Below are positions 34,694 to 44,489 of a DNA stretch of 64,000 nt, piece by piece. Origin of the DNA: Vicinamibacteria bacterium (GTDB lineage Bacteria; Acidobacteriota; Vicinamibacteria; Vicinamibacterales; JAMQPK01); the NCBI GenBank assembly GCA_031371345.1, contig JANMJM010000127.1:133-64132 (forward strand), in the 5' to 3' direction. Position 1 is the first letter of the stretch. Each line of letters opens with the position of its first letter. Under the pieces are notes generated by a model. That model was given only the letters and a program-made list of their open reading frames with translations, was not told where the DNA came from and ran no database searches. The translations under genes were made by a program, and so were the position numbers.

Positions 34694-37579
34694 ATGACGC
34701 GCAGGATTTTGTGGGTGTTGTTTGTACTTATCACAGCCTTGATGCCTGTCTGGGCATACGGACAAGGTGTGCAAACCGGCGCAGTCACAGGAACGGTGAC
34801 ATCGAGCGACAACGCCGTGCTGTCGGACGCAAACGTCTTCGTGTCCTCGCCTGCGCTTCAAGGTGCGCACAGCACCACCACCGATGTGAATGGCGTGTTC
34901 GTGGCGGTGAATCTTCCCCCGGGACGCTACACCATTAGAATTTCCAAGTCAGGCTTCAACGCCGTCGAGAGAAGCGCACTCGTGCCCCTTGGCGGCACGG
35001 CGACCGTGAACGCGATCCTCGCAGTGGCCTCGGTCGTTGAGACGGTCGTCGTCGAAGGCGTCGTCCCGCCACCGGTCACCGAAATCCAGACGAGCGCAAA
35101 CATCCTCGCGAGCGACATCAATGTGATGCCGCTTGGCCGAACGCCGTATCTTGTCGCCGAGTTGATGCCTGGCGTGACGACCAACACGCCGGTGGCCGGC
35201 CAGGTGACGATCTCGGGCGGCTTCGGCTACGACAACGTGTTTCTGATCGACGGCGTCGATGTGAACGACAACCTGCTCGGCACGTCCAACGATCTCTATA
35301 TTGAAGACGCCATCGGTGAGGTTCAGGTGTTGACCTCTGGCATCACCGCGGAATACGGCCGCTTCTCGGGTGGCGTGATCAACATCATCACCAAGAGCGG
35401 CGGCAACATGTTCAGCGGCAGTTACCGGACGACATTCACCAATCCGGCATGGACGAAAGAGACACCGTTTGAGACCAGGCAGCGCACCAGCAAATTGTCG
35501 ACCTTCAGCGAGCTGACGGCGGGCGGGCCGGTCGTGAAGGATCGCCTCTGGTTTTTCGGCGCGGGACGATTCGAGAATTCGTCGACCGCTGGCACCATGC
35601 CGCTGACGGCGCTCCCCTATACGAAGACGAACAACAGCAAGCGATACGAGGTGAAGGCCACGGGTACCGTGCGCCAGGGACAGACACTGCAGGGGAGCTA
35701 TATCGACAACCGCGTGCATCGCGCGAACGAGCCGGTGCTGTCGTTCAGCATCGACAAGGCCGCGCTGATTTCGCCGTCGACGCCGAACCACCTCGGGGTG
35801 GTCACCTATCACGCCGCGGTTTCTTCGAAGATGCTCGTCAGCGCCCAGTATTCGCGGCGGGACTTTGAGACCAGGGGCGTGGGCAGCACGCTCACCGATA
35901 TCGTGAACTCGCCGTTCCTGACGCGCACCGGCACGCAGTATCAGTACAACGCGGCGTACTTCGACGCCACCGATCCTGAACAGCGCAACAACCGCCAGCT
36001 CACGGGCAGCCTCTCGTACTTCGCGTCAAGCCGCCGGCTCGGCAGTCACGAGTTGAAAAGCGGATTCGAGGATTTCGTCGATGCACGCATCGGCGCGAAT
36101 GCGCAGAGCGCGACCGGCTACGTGTTCCTTTCGAACTTTCGCGTCGACGCCGCGGGCATTCCGGTGCTCGACGCCGCTGGTCGCCTGATTCCGACGTTCG
36201 TTCCGGGCACGTCGAGGGTGCAGCGCTGGATTCCCACTCGCGGTGCGGCATTCCACATGCGAACGGCGGCAGCCTACGTGCAGGATCGATGGGTCGCGTC
36301 GCCACACTTCACGTTCAACCTCGGCCTGCGGATCGAGCACGCGTCGAGCAGCGCGACGGGCGACATCAATGCCATCAACCTCAACCGCATCGTGCCGCGC
36401 CTCGGGGCCTCTTACGATCTGAAGGCCGACGGCCGCACAGTGCTGCTCGCCTCCTACTCCCAGTATTCCGGGAAGTACAACGACGTGCAGTTCTCGAAGA
36501 ACACGAACGTGGGGAATTCCGACCGGTATACCACCGTCTACCAGGGCCCGGCCGGCGAAGGACGCGATTTCGCTCCTGGATTCGACGTGAACAACTATGC
36601 CGGCGTTGTGGCCGGCACGTTCCCAGCGGTGAACATCCGGTTCGACAGCCATCTGTCGTCGCCGGTGACGAACGAATTCACGCTCGGCGCCGCACGAATG
36701 CTCGGCACGCGTAGCTATCTCAAGGCCGTCTACGTCCAGCGAACGGCGACGAACTTCGTCGAAGACTTCACGGAGTTTGCCAACGGCAGCTCGCCGCTCG
36801 TCGTTGGCGGCGTCACCGTTGGATTGACCGACAACGTGCTGTACAAGAACAGCGACCTGCCAAAGCGCGAATATCGCGCGATCGAACTTCTGGGACAGCA
36901 TCACGTGACGAAGGCTGTGGCGGTGAACGGCCAATGGTCGGTGCAGATGAGAAACGACGGGAATTTCGAGGGAGAATCGCCGAATCCAGCCGGGTCGCCG
37001 CTTGGCGACTATCCGGAAATGACCTCGCTCTCACGGAGCGCGCCACTGGGCCATCTCGACGATTTTCAGCGCAGCAAGGTCCGCGTCTGGGCAACCTACG
37101 GTCTCTCGCTCGGTCAATACGGATCGCTCGACGTGACGCCGCTCTACCGATACAACTCGGCGAAGACCTATAGCCTCGCGGTTGCCGGTCAAGCGCTCAG
37201 CGCCGTGCAAGCCGCTCGAAATCCCGGTTACGCCAGCACGCCCACGCAAACGATTTTCTTCGGGCGTCGCGGATCGGAATCGTTCAAGGGCTACGCGCTC
37301 TTCGACATGGCCCTCACCTACGGTGTGCCGCTGTGGAAATCGGCGCGACCGTGGGTGAAGTTCGAAGCGTTCAACCTGCTGAACAACCAGAAGCTGATTG
37401 CGTGGAACACCGCGATCACGCAGGACACGACGAGCGCGCGCGACGAAAACGGCCTCGCGACCGGATACATTACATCGCCGACCTTCGGCACAGCGACCTC
37501 GGCGAGCCACTATCCGGCGCCTCGCGCCGGCGCCGATGGCGGTCGAATGATCGACGTCGCCGTCGGGTTCCGCTTCTAA
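34694..37579 (+). CDS. TonB-dependent receptor with N-terminal carboxypeptidase-regulatory-like domain
   Basis: The ORF runs 34574..37579, and a signal peptide MTRRILWVLFVLITALMPVWAYG starts at 34694. It has a CarboxypepD_reg-like GTVTSSDNAVLSDANVFV, the plug motif LTSGITAEYGRFSGGVINIITKSG and a terminal aromatic residue (VGFRF). Confidence 0.85.
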   Translation: MTRRILWVLFVLITALMPVWAYGQGVQTGAVTGTVTSSDNAVLSDANVFVSSPALQGAHSTTTDVNGVFVAVNLPPGRYTIRISKSGFNAVERSALVPLGGTATVNAILAVASVVETVVVEGVVPPPVTEIQTSANILASDINVMPLGRTPYLVAELMPGVTTNTPVAGQVTISGGFGYDNVFLIDGVDVNDNLLGTSNDLYIEDAIGEVQVLTSGITAEYGRFSGGVINIITKSGGNMFSGSYRTTFTNPAWTKETPFETRQRTSKLSTFSELTAGGPVVKDRLWFFGAGRFENSSTAGTMPLTALPYTKTNNSKRYEVKATGTVRQGQTLQGSYIDNRVHRANEPVLSFSIDKAALISPSTPNHLGVVTYHAAVSSKMLVSAQYSRRDFETRGVGSTLTDIVNSPFLTRTGTQYQYNAAYFDATDPEQRNNRQLTGSLSYFASSRRLGSHELKSGFEDFVDARIGANAQSATGYVFLSNFRVDAAGIPVLDAAGRLIPTFVPGTSRVQRWIPTRGAAFHMRTAAAYVQDRWVASPHFTFNLGLRIEHASSSATGDINAINLNRIVPRLGASYDLKADGRTVLLASYSQYSGKYNDVQFSKNTNVGNSDRYTTVYQGPAGEGRDFAPGFDVNNYAGVVAGTFPAVNIRFDSHLSSPVTNEFTLGAARMLGTRSYLKAVYVQRTATNFVEDFTEFANGSSPLVVGGVTVGLTDNVLYKNSDLPKREYRAIELLGQHHVTKAVAVNGQWSVQMRNDGNFEGESPNPAGSPLGDYPEMTSLSRSAPLGHLDDFQRSKVRVWATYGLSLGQYGSLDVTPLYRYNSAKTYSLAVAGQALSAVQAARNPGYASTPTQTIFFGRRGSESFKGYALFDMALTYGVPLWKSARPWVKFEAFNLLNNQKLIAWNTAITQDTTSARDENGLATGYITSPTFGTATSASHYPAPRAGADGGRMIDVAVGFRF

Positions 37580-37585
37580 TCGGGC

Positions 37586-38116
37586 TTATCTGCGCGCGGC
37601 CATCCGCTCCTGCATCTGGCGGGTCAGATGCGGCGTGATGCCAATCATCCGCTCGATGAGCATCAGCTGCCCGCGGTGATGCATCTCGTGTTCTTTGGGC
37701 GACAGCAGCATCTCGAACCGCGTACGCGTCGGCTGCGTGGCCACCGGCGCCTTCACTTCTTCCCGCAAAAATTCCTCCGACAAGCCCTCGAGCCACGAGG
37801 CGAATGCCTCGCCTTCCGTCGTAAGCAGGTCGATGATTTGCGGTTTCGTGCGGGGCTGCTGCTCTTCGGCGCCGACGTTCTGCATGAACGTGGGGAAGTT
37901 GAACCCCTCGAGCGTGGTCAGCCGGTCGACCGCGTGCGCCTGGTGCTGAAAGCGATGGCCAAGCGCGATATGCGCGAGCAGTTGCCCGATCGATTTGGTG
38001 TCGGGCGACGCCTTGAAGCCGTACTTATCTTCCGGAATGTCCTCGGCAATTTTCAGTGTGTTCTGTCTCACCGTCCGAAAACTGTTGGCTAGCTGTTTGC
38101 CGCCGTAATACGTCAT
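37586..38116 (-). CDS. DinB-superfamily protein
   Basis: The ORF runs 37586..38224 and the likely start is MTYYGGKQLA at 38116. A His triad pattern is present (LLAHIALGHRFQHQ ... EHEMHHRGQLMLIER). Confidence 0.8.
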   Translation of the reverse strand: MTYYGGKQLANSFRTVRQNTLKIAEDIPEDKYGFKASPDTKSIGQLLAHIALGHRFQHQAHAVDRLTTLEGFNFPTFMQNVGAEEQQPRTKPQIIDLLTTEGEAFASWLEGLSEEFLREEVKAPVATQPTRTRFEMLLSPKEHEMHHRGQLMLIERMIGITPHLTRQMQERMAARR

Positions 38117-38171
38117 GACACTTCCTCCTCTATCGGTCCGCCGACATTTTATCCGAGTATGATGACTGTCC

Positions 38172-39710
38172 GTGGCATCGCTCGTCGCCCTCGGCATTCT
38201 GTTCAGCCGCCTGACCGGCCTCATCCGACAACGCGTCTTCGCCCACTATTTCGGCCTGCAGTCGGATGCGGCCGACGCGTTCATGGCGGCGTTTCGCATC
38301 CCCAATTTTCTGCAGAACCTGTTCGGCGAGGGGGCGCTCTCGGCGTCGTTCATTCCGGTCTATGCCTCGCTGATCGCACGAGGCGATCGCCGCGAGGCAA
38401 CGCGCGTCGCCGGCGCGGTCGGCGCGCTGCTCGCCCTGGTCACATCGGTCCTCGTCCTGCTAGGCGTGCTGTCGACGCCGGTGCTGATCGCAGTGATCGC
38501 GCCTGGATTCCGCGGCGCGAAGCGCGATCTCACGATTGCCATCGTTCGCGTACTGTTTCCTGGGGCGGGCTTCCTGGTGTTGTCGGCATGGTGCCTCGGC
38601 GTACTCAACAGTCACCGGAAATTTCTGCTGTCGTACACGGCTCCGGTTATCTGGAACGTCTCGATGATTGCCACGCTCGTTATCTGGGGTGCACGCATCC
38701 CGTTGCCCGAGCTCGCACTGCAGCTGGCGTGGGGATCTGTCATTGGCAGCGCGCTTCAGTTCCTGATACAGCTGCCGGCCATCCGGCAGCTGGTCCCGGA
38801 ACTGCGATTGCGGCTCGACTTTTCCGAACACGTCCGCACGACGGTTCGCAATTTTGTTCCTGTGTTCATCAGCCGCGGTGTCGTGCAAATCAGCGCGTAT
38901 ATCGACGCGCTCCTGGCGAGCCTCCTGCCGACAGGCGCGGTCACCGGCCTTGCCAATGCGCAGCTCCTCTACACGCTGCCGGTCAGCCTCTTCGGCATGT
39001 CCGTGTCGGCTGCCGAGCTGCCGGCGATGTCCGGAGCCGCAGGGCTCGACGCAACAGACGAGCTTCGTGCACGGCTGAACAACGGCCTCCGACAAATTGC
39101 CTACTTCGTGATTCCCTCTTCGGTTGCGTTCCTCGCACTCGGCGACATTATTGCCGCGGCGCTTTTTCAGACGGGCCGTTTCACACACGAGGATGCGATG
39201 TACGTGTGGGCGATTCTCGCGGGATCCGCTGTAGGGTTGGTGGCCTCGACCCTCGGGCGGCTGTACTCATCCACCTACTATGCCCTTCGCGATACGCGGA
39301 CGCCGCTGCGCTATGCATTGATTCGCGTCGTGCTCACGACAGTGCTCGGATATGTGTGCGCGATTCTCCTGCCGCAGCGCCTGGGCATCGATCAACTGTG
39401 GGGCACCGCCGGCCTGACAGCCTCGGCCGGCGTCTCGGGATGGATTGAATTCCTGCTGCTGCAGCGCACGCTCAATCACCGCATCGGACAAACGGGTCTG
39501 CCGCTGGGATTCTCCACGCGGTTATGGATCGCGGCACTCGTCAGTGCCGGCATTGCCTGGTCGCTGAAAATCGCGTTGACCGTGTCACAGCCAATCGTGC
39601 TGGCCGCCGTGACGCTCATTCCCTACGGTCTGTGCTATTTCGCCGTCACGTTCTGGTCGGGGATTCCGGAAGCGCGGACGATGCTGGCGAGAGCGAAGGT
39701 AGTTAATTAG
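38172..39710 (+). CDS. murJ: Lipid II flippase MurJ (MviN)
   Basis: 512 aa: LFSRLTGLIRQRVFAHYFGLQSDAADAFMAAFRIPNFLQNLFGEGALSASFIPVY. Confidence 0.92.
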   Translation: MASLVALGILFSRLTGLIRQRVFAHYFGLQSDAADAFMAAFRIPNFLQNLFGEGALSASFIPVYASLIARGDRREATRVAGAVGALLALVTSVLVLLGVLSTPVLIAVIAPGFRGAKRDLTIAIVRVLFPGAGFLVLSAWCLGVLNSHRKFLLSYTAPVIWNVSMIATLVIWGARIPLPELALQLAWGSVIGSALQFLIQLPAIRQLVPELRLRLDFSEHVRTTVRNFVPVFISRGVVQISAYIDALLASLLPTGAVTGLANAQLLYTLPVSLFGMSVSAAELPAMSGAAGLDATDELRARLNNGLRQIAYFVIPSSVAFLALGDIIAAALFQTGRFTHEDAMYVWAILAGSAVGLVASTLGRLYSSTYYALRDTRTPLRYALIRVVLTTVLGYVCAILLPQRLGIDQLWGTAGLTASAGVSGWIEFLLLQRTLNHRIGQTGLPLGFSTRLWIAALVSAGIAWSLKIALTVSQPIVLAAVTLIPYGLCYFAVTFWSGIPEARTMLARAKVVN

Positions 39711-39769
39711 TTGTTGGTTATTAGTGGTTAGGTGTTGACCAACAACCAACACCTAACAACCAACCACTA
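39710..39769. repeat. Hairpin of GTTGTTGGTTA / GGTTAGGTGTTG words between convergent genes
   Basis: TTAGGTGTTG (39728-37) pairs with CAACACCTAA (39747-56), TAGTGG (39722-27) with CCACTA (39764-69), and alternatively GTTGTTGGT (39710-18) with ACCAACAAC (39738-46). Confidence 0.75.
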
Positions 39770-39774
39770 CGAAG

Positions 39775-40326
39775 TTAGTGAACGTACCCGTACTGTTTCG
39801 CCATCTCGACGTTGCGCTGTGACTGCTGGAAGTGATTCGCCGACGCAAGATACGACACGTAGGACGCAAATCCGACGCGCTCGGCCCATCCCAGCGCTTT
39901 GAACAACTTCCGATGCTGGGGATACTTCGCGACGAGCACTCGCTCGAAAATTTGCGTCGAGACATTGTTGACCACCGACTCCTGCAGGTGCAGGAGCGCC
40001 ATCCGCGTGATCTGCCGGTTTCCCGCCTCGAAACTGAGCGGCGTGTCGTCTGGCTTGCCGCTGACCGTGAACCGATAGTTGTGCTCGAGCCAGCCCTGTC
40101 GGAACAGCGTCTGGGACGTTTTCCAGTCCATGCGCTGTGCGGTATAAGAAAAGGTAGCCGGTGCGTAGGTGGTCGGGTCGAAGACAACAGCTTTTGCGAT
40201 GTCCAAGACCACGTTCGATCGCCTCTGGTCCTGAGCCGATGCGACGCACGGAGCCATGAGGAACAACGAAATAACCAGGCCGCACAGGGCGGCTCGGAGC
40301 GTTTGTCGTTTATGAGTAAGCATCAC
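39775..40326 (-). CDS. Hypothetical secreted protein
   Basis: 183 aa with signal peptide MMLTHKRQTLRAALCGLVISLFLMAPCVASAQ. I do not recognise a domain. Confidence 0.6.
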   Translation of the reverse strand: MMLTHKRQTLRAALCGLVISLFLMAPCVASAQDQRRSNVVLDIAKAVVFDPTTYAPATFSYTAQRMDWKTSQTLFRQGWLEHNYRFTVSGKPDDTPLSFEAGNRQITRMALLHLQESVVNNVSTQIFERVLVAKYPQHRKLFKALGWAERVGFASYVSYLASANHFQQSQRNVEMAKQYGYVH

Positions 40327-40501
40327 GGTTCTCCTAGCCCTATCGAGAGCAAGGTAAGTACCGTGTTTGTGTAGCGTTCTACTGCAGCTTATTGTTCGTT
40401 AACATGACAACAACGTGCCATGACGGATCGCGTCGTACGAAAGGACTACGATTCAGCAATAGACGCTATGGACGGGCCGTCAGGCACACGAAGAGACGAG
40501 C

Positions 40502-40786
40502 ATGACACTCGAACGCTTCAAGGCCACGCTCCTGAACGACGCACCACCCGAAGGCCTCTCGCCGGCCCTGCGCGCGATGTGGGAAGACGCGCGCGGCAAA
40601 TGGGACGCCGCTCACCAAATCGCGCAGGACATCGACGACAAGACCGGCGCGTGGATACATGCCTATCTCCATCGCAAAGAAGGCGACCTCCCTAACGCCG
40701 GCTATTGGTATCGGCGCGCGGGCCAGCCTATCGCGAGCGGCTCGCTCGACGAGGAGTGGACGCGCATTGTGACGCCGCTGCTCTAG
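40502..40786 (+). CDS. Hypothetical small protein
   Basis: 94 aa: MTLERFKATLLNDAPPEGLSPALRAMWEDARGKWDAAHQIAQ... It has protein-like composition and an unknown family. Confidence 0.55.
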   Translation: MTLERFKATLLNDAPPEGLSPALRAMWEDARGKWDAAHQIAQDIDDKTGAWIHAYLHRKEGDLPNAGYWYRRAGQPIASGSLDEEWTRIVTPLL

Positions 40787-40841
40787 ACAGAGGACAGCGG
40801 CAAGGCCGGCTTTTCAGAACCCCTTTACGTCTAACTATTTA

Positions 40842-40922
40842 GCGTGGGCGTAGAGCTGGTATCTTCTTTGCTCTACAGCACAGCAGAAACCTGCTGCGAC
40901 CTCCACGCAGTAGAGAGAGGAG
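40842..40922 (+). promoter_or_regulatory. Structured 5' leader (three-helix arrangement) upstream of the BON-domain gene
   Basis: P1 is GCGTGG (40842-47) with CCACGC (40903-08), enclosing two helices. P2 is GTAGAGC (40850-56) with GCTCTAC (40870-76). P3 is CAGCAG (40881-86) with CTGCTG (40891-96). A second GTAGAG (40910-15) abuts the SD GAGAGAGGAG. Confidence 0.45.
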
Positions 40923-40930
40923 AACAGACC

Positions 40931-41491
40931 ATGTTCGGTCGAATATTTTCGTTGGTCGTCGTTAGTATGTTCCTCGCCGCTCCGGCATTTGCTGCCCCGT
41001 CCGCGCGCGCCGTTGAGGCGCGTCCTGCCGCAAGCGATCAGCTGATTGCGGATCGCATCGGTGAGCAGATTAATCGGTATGTCTACTACACGATTTTTGA
41101 CGACGTGCAGGGAAGCGTCGACAACGGCCTCGTGACGCTCACAGGCAAAGTGACGGCGCCTCACAAAGCGAAAGAAATCGCGGCGCGCGTGAAGCGGGTG
41201 TCCGGCGTGCGCGAGGTCGACAACCAGATCGAGACGCTGCCGGTGTCAACCTTCGATGATCAGCTGCGGGTCGCTATCGCGACCAGCATTTATCGCGATG
41301 GGATGTTCTGGAATTACGCGATCCAGGTGAACCCGCCCATCCACGTGATCGTCGATCGGGGGCACGTGACGCTCACCGGCGTCGTGAACTCGGAAGTCGA
41401 ACGTCGTGTTGCCGGGATGAAGGCGCGCGAGACCTTCGGATCGTTCAGCGTCGCCAACAAGCTCGAGCTCGATCGCGACAGGGGAAACTAA
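40931..41491 (+). CDS. Secreted tandem BON-domain protein
   Basis: The ORF runs 40844..41491 and signal peptide MFGRIFSLVVVSMFLAAPAFAAP starts at 40931. Two BON units are present (VTLTGKVTAPHKAKEIAARVKRVSGVREVDNQI; VTLTGVVNSEVERRVAGMKARE). Confidence 0.85.
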   Translation: MFGRIFSLVVVSMFLAAPAFAAPSARAVEARPAASDQLIADRIGEQINRYVYYTIFDDVQGSVDNGLVTLTGKVTAPHKAKEIAARVKRVSGVREVDNQIETLPVSTFDDQLRVAIATSIYRDGMFWNYAIQVNPPIHVIVDRGHVTLTGVVNSEVERRVAGMKARETFGSFSVANKLELDRDRGN

Positions 41492-41496
41492 ATCAA

Positions 41497-41576
41497 GTAG
41501 AAACTGGAAACTAGGAACTGGAAGGTAAGTGTTGAACTTACTTTCTAGTTTCTAGATTCTAGTTTCAAGTTTCAAG
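41497..41576 (+). repeat. 34-bp-arm hairpin of GAAACT/CTAG words; contains a 20-mer repeated at 49192..49213
   Basis: gtagaaactggaaactaggaactggaaggtaagt gttga acttactttctagtttctagattctagtttcaag. Four arm differences are G-U pairs on the + transcript only. TTCTAGTTTCAAGTTTCAAG (41557-76) overlaps the phoD stop. Confidence 0.8.
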
Positions 41577-43110
41577 TTAACTGAGCTCCCGCCCTCCCAT
41601 CTTCGACAATAAAGGACGAGCGCGTCTGAATCGGCGAACCTTGGCGTGTGACATATTCCAGCACCTTGAAGTCGGTGCGCATCTGCGCCGGTTTGATGTC
41701 GCACATCACGTATCCCCGCTGATCATTGTAAAACCGCACCCACGGGTTTTCCGACGCCGCCTCCTGATATCCCGGCTTCTGGTCTGCTCCGTCGCCCGTC
41801 GACGTGACCGATGTCCCGACGAATTCGGTCGCCACAATCGGTGACTTCGGATTGTCGAAATCGAGGTGAAGGTCGTTTACCCAGTTGCAGTGGATGTCTC
41901 CGGCGAGCGTCACCGGATTCCTCGGCTTCCGCGTGCCCAGGAAATCGAGCAGTCGCTGACGCGCGACTTCATACCCGTCCCACTTATCCATGGAGTACTG
42001 TTTCGCTGGTCCCGCGACGCGGTCGAGCCGCGAAATCATCACCTGCTGCCCGAGGAGATTCCACGCCGTTGGCGAGCGGTCGAGGCCCCTCATCAACCAT
42101 TTCTCCTGGTCACGTCCCAGCATCGTCGCTTTCGGATCCAGCATGCCGGGACAGGGCGATTGCACGTTGTCGCCGCAGGGCTGATCGGTGCGGAACTGCC
42201 GCGTGTCGAGCATGAAGATGTTGGCGAGCGTGCCGTACTGAAAAGGTCGATAGAGCTGCAGCGACGTGCCGCGCGGCACCGACGAGCGGCGGAGCGGCAT
42301 GTGTTCGTAGTACGCCTTGTAGCCGTTGGCGCGCCGGATGGCGAAGGCCTCGAGCGGCGCGTTGTTTTCCTGGAAAAACCCCGCGTAGTTGTTGTCGACT
42401 TCGTGATCGTCCCACACGACGATCCACGGATACTGCGCATGCGCGGTCTGAAGCGACGGATCGGTCCGGTATTGCGCGTACCGATTCCTGTAGTCGTCGA
42501 CCGTCATCAATTCCGGCCCGACGTGTTTGCGCACGCGCAGGTTGACGCCTGGCGCTTCGTAGATGTAGTCGCCGAGGTGCATGACAAAGTCGAGATCTTC
42601 CTTCGCCATGTGATCGTAGGCCGTGAAGTAGCCCTGCTCGTAGTGTTGACACGACGCGAACGCAAAGCGCAGGCGATCCACCGCCGACTGCGCGGCGGGA
42701 AACGTCCGCGTGCGCCCAATCCGACTCAGCTCGTTGCCGGCGCGAAACCGATACCAGTACCACCGGTGTGGTTGCAGCCCCGTCACTTCCACGTGAACCG
42801 CGTGCGCCCATTGCGGCGAGGCGACGCCCATCCCTGTTTTCACCACGTCCGACATCTTCTCGTCGGTCGCCACCTGCCATTCGACCTGCACCGATTCGCG
42901 CCCCATGCCGCCGCCATTCAGCGGATCGACAGCCAGCCTCGTCCAGAGAACGACGCCGTCAGACGTCGGATCGCCCGAGGCCACGCCGAGCGTGAACGGA
43001 GACGTGGAGAATTTCGGATTTTGCAGTGGAGCGCCGCCAGCAAACAGCTCGCGCGCGGACGCACCATACAGCGCCAGCCCGCTCAGGAGAAACGCACGTC
43101 GATGCACCAT
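41572..43110 (-). CDS. phoD: Alkaline phosphatase D family (PhoD), Tat-exported
   Basis: 512 aa. It has the twin-arginine signal MVHRRAFLLSGLALYGASA and the metallophosphatase motifs MHLGDYIYE and VVWDDHEVDNNY. Confidence 0.9.
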   Translation of the reverse strand: MVHRRAFLLSGLALYGASARELFAGGAPLQNPKFSTSPFTLGVASGDPTSDGVVLWTRLAVDPLNGGGMGRESVQVEWQVATDEKMSDVVKTGMGVASPQWAHAVHVEVTGLQPHRWYWYRFRAGNELSRIGRTRTFPAAQSAVDRLRFAFASCQHYEQGYFTAYDHMAKEDLDFVMHLGDYIYEAPGVNLRVRKHVGPELMTVDDYRNRYAQYRTDPSLQTAHAQYPWIVVWDDHEVDNNYAGFFQENNAPLEAFAIRRANGYKAYYEHMPLRRSSVPRGTSLQLYRPFQYGTLANIFMLDTRQFRTDQPCGDNVQSPCPGMLDPKATMLGRDQEKWLMRGLDRSPTAWNLLGQQVMISRLDRVAGPAKQYSMDKWDGYEVARQRLLDFLGTRKPRNPVTLAGDIHCNWVNDLHLDFDNPKSPIVATEFVGTSVTSTGDGADQKPGYQEAASENPWVRFYNDQRGYVMCDIKPAQMRTDFKVLEYVTRQGSPIQTRSSFIVEDGRAGAQLT

Positions 43111-43112
43111 TG

Positions 43113-43433
43113 TTATCGGCCCGGAGCTGTGTAGGTGCCTGTTTTCTTCACGACCTGATCGAGATCCTCAGGGGTCAGCAACACGGTGATTGTGGAAGTG
43201 GCGGCTCCGCTGCTCGCCAGTGTGAGCGAGGCCGCGGCGGCCGCCGCGTTGTCGGGCATCTCGGCGATGACGACGACATCGGTGGCGCCAAACGCGTAAT
43301 AAAAGGATTCGAGCTTGCCGCCAAGGCTTTGAATGAGGGTCGTGGCAACCGCGCGGCGTTTGGTGCCGCCGTCTTTCAGCAATCCCTTTGCGCCGTCCGC
43401 CGTGTAAGACACCTGCAGCAGAAATTTGGGCAC
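43113..43433 (-). CDS. GYD-domain protein
   Basis: The ORF runs 43113..43481. The family-typical start (V)PKFLLQVSYTADGAKGLLKDGGTKRR is at GTG 43433. Confidence 0.8.
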   Translation of the reverse strand: MPKFLLQVSYTADGAKGLLKDGGTKRRAVATTLIQSLGGKLESFYYAFGATDVVVIAEMPDNAAAAAASLTLASSGAATSTITVLLTPEDLDQVVKKTGTYTAPGR

Positions 43434-43458
43434 AGAGCCTCCTTTCAGAAAGGAAGGA

Positions 43459-44454
43459 CTATACACCGAGTGCAGACGCATGCAGCTGCGCGGTCATCTC
43501 GTAGGAGCGCAGCCGGGCCGCGTGATCGAACACCTGCGCGACGATGATGAGCTCGTCGGCGTTCGTGCGTCCAATGAACTCCTCAATCCCCTGTTGAACG
43601 GTCGCGAGCGAACCCACGACGGCGACCGACAGCGTCTGGTCCAGTTCCCACCGTTCCTGCGCAGACAGCTGCCGAACAGCACGCTCGTCGGGCGGCGGAA
43701 GTGGTCCGGGCATGCCTCGCCGCAGATTCACGAAGGCCTGCTGGTGCGACGAGAACAGGCGCCGCGCTTCTTCGTCGGTCTCGGCGGCGATCACGTTGAT
43801 CCCGAGCATCACGTGAGGATGCTTCAGGTCTTCCGAAGGACGAAAGCGGCTGCGATAGACCTCGATCGCGTTCATCATGAGCGCCGGTGCGAAATGCGAC
43901 GCAAAGGCGTACGGCAGGCCCAGCTCGGCGGCCAGCTGCGCGCCGTACAGGCTCGACCCGAGAATCCAGATCGGAATTTTCAATCCGGCCCCGGGAATGG
44001 CTTTCACCGTTTGGCCCTGCGGCGCGTTGAAATACATCATCAGCTCGAGCACGTCCTGCGGAAAGCTGTCGACATCGCTCGTCAGCGTCCGCCGAAGCGC
44101 ACGGGCCGTCACCTGATCGGTTCCCGGAGCGCGGCCGAGCGCCAGGTCGATGCGGCACTGAAACAGCGACTCGAGCGTCCCGAACTGCTCGGCGATGACG
44201 AGCGGCGCGTGATTGGGAAGCATGATGCCGCCGGCACCCACGCGTATCGTGGACGTGACACTGGCGACGGCGCCAATGACGACCGCCGTCGCGGCGCTGG
44301 CGACCGAGGGGATGTTGTGATGTTCGGCGAGCCAGTACCGATGGTAGCCCCATGTTTCGGCATGACGCGCAAGGTCCTGCGTGTTGCGCAGCGCCTCCGC
44401 AGCGTCGCCGCCCTGAACAATCGGCGAGAGATCGAGAATCGAAAACGGGATCAT
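43459..44454 (-). CDS. LLM-class flavin-dependent oxidoreductase (luciferase-like)
   Basis: 331 aa: [47 protein letters not shown]. Confidence 0.88.
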   Translation of the reverse strand: MIPFSILDLSPIVQGGDAAEALRNTQDLARHAETWGYHRYWLAEHHNIPSVASAATAVVIGAVASVTSTIRVGAGGIMLPNHAPLVIAEQFGTLESLFQCRIDLALGRAPGTDQVTARALRRTLTSDVDSFPQDVLELMMYFNAPQGQTVKAIPGAGLKIPIWILGSSLYGAQLAAELGLPYAFASHFAPALMMNAIEVYRSRFRPSEDLKHPHVMLGINVIAAETDEEARRLFSSHQQAFVNLRRGMPGPLPPPDERAVRQLSAQERWELDQTLSVAVVGSLATVQQGIEEFIGRTNADELIIVAQVFDHAARLRSYEMTAQLHASALGV

Positions 44455-44489
44455 GGCAGCTCCGATCCCATTATGACTATGATGTGGGG

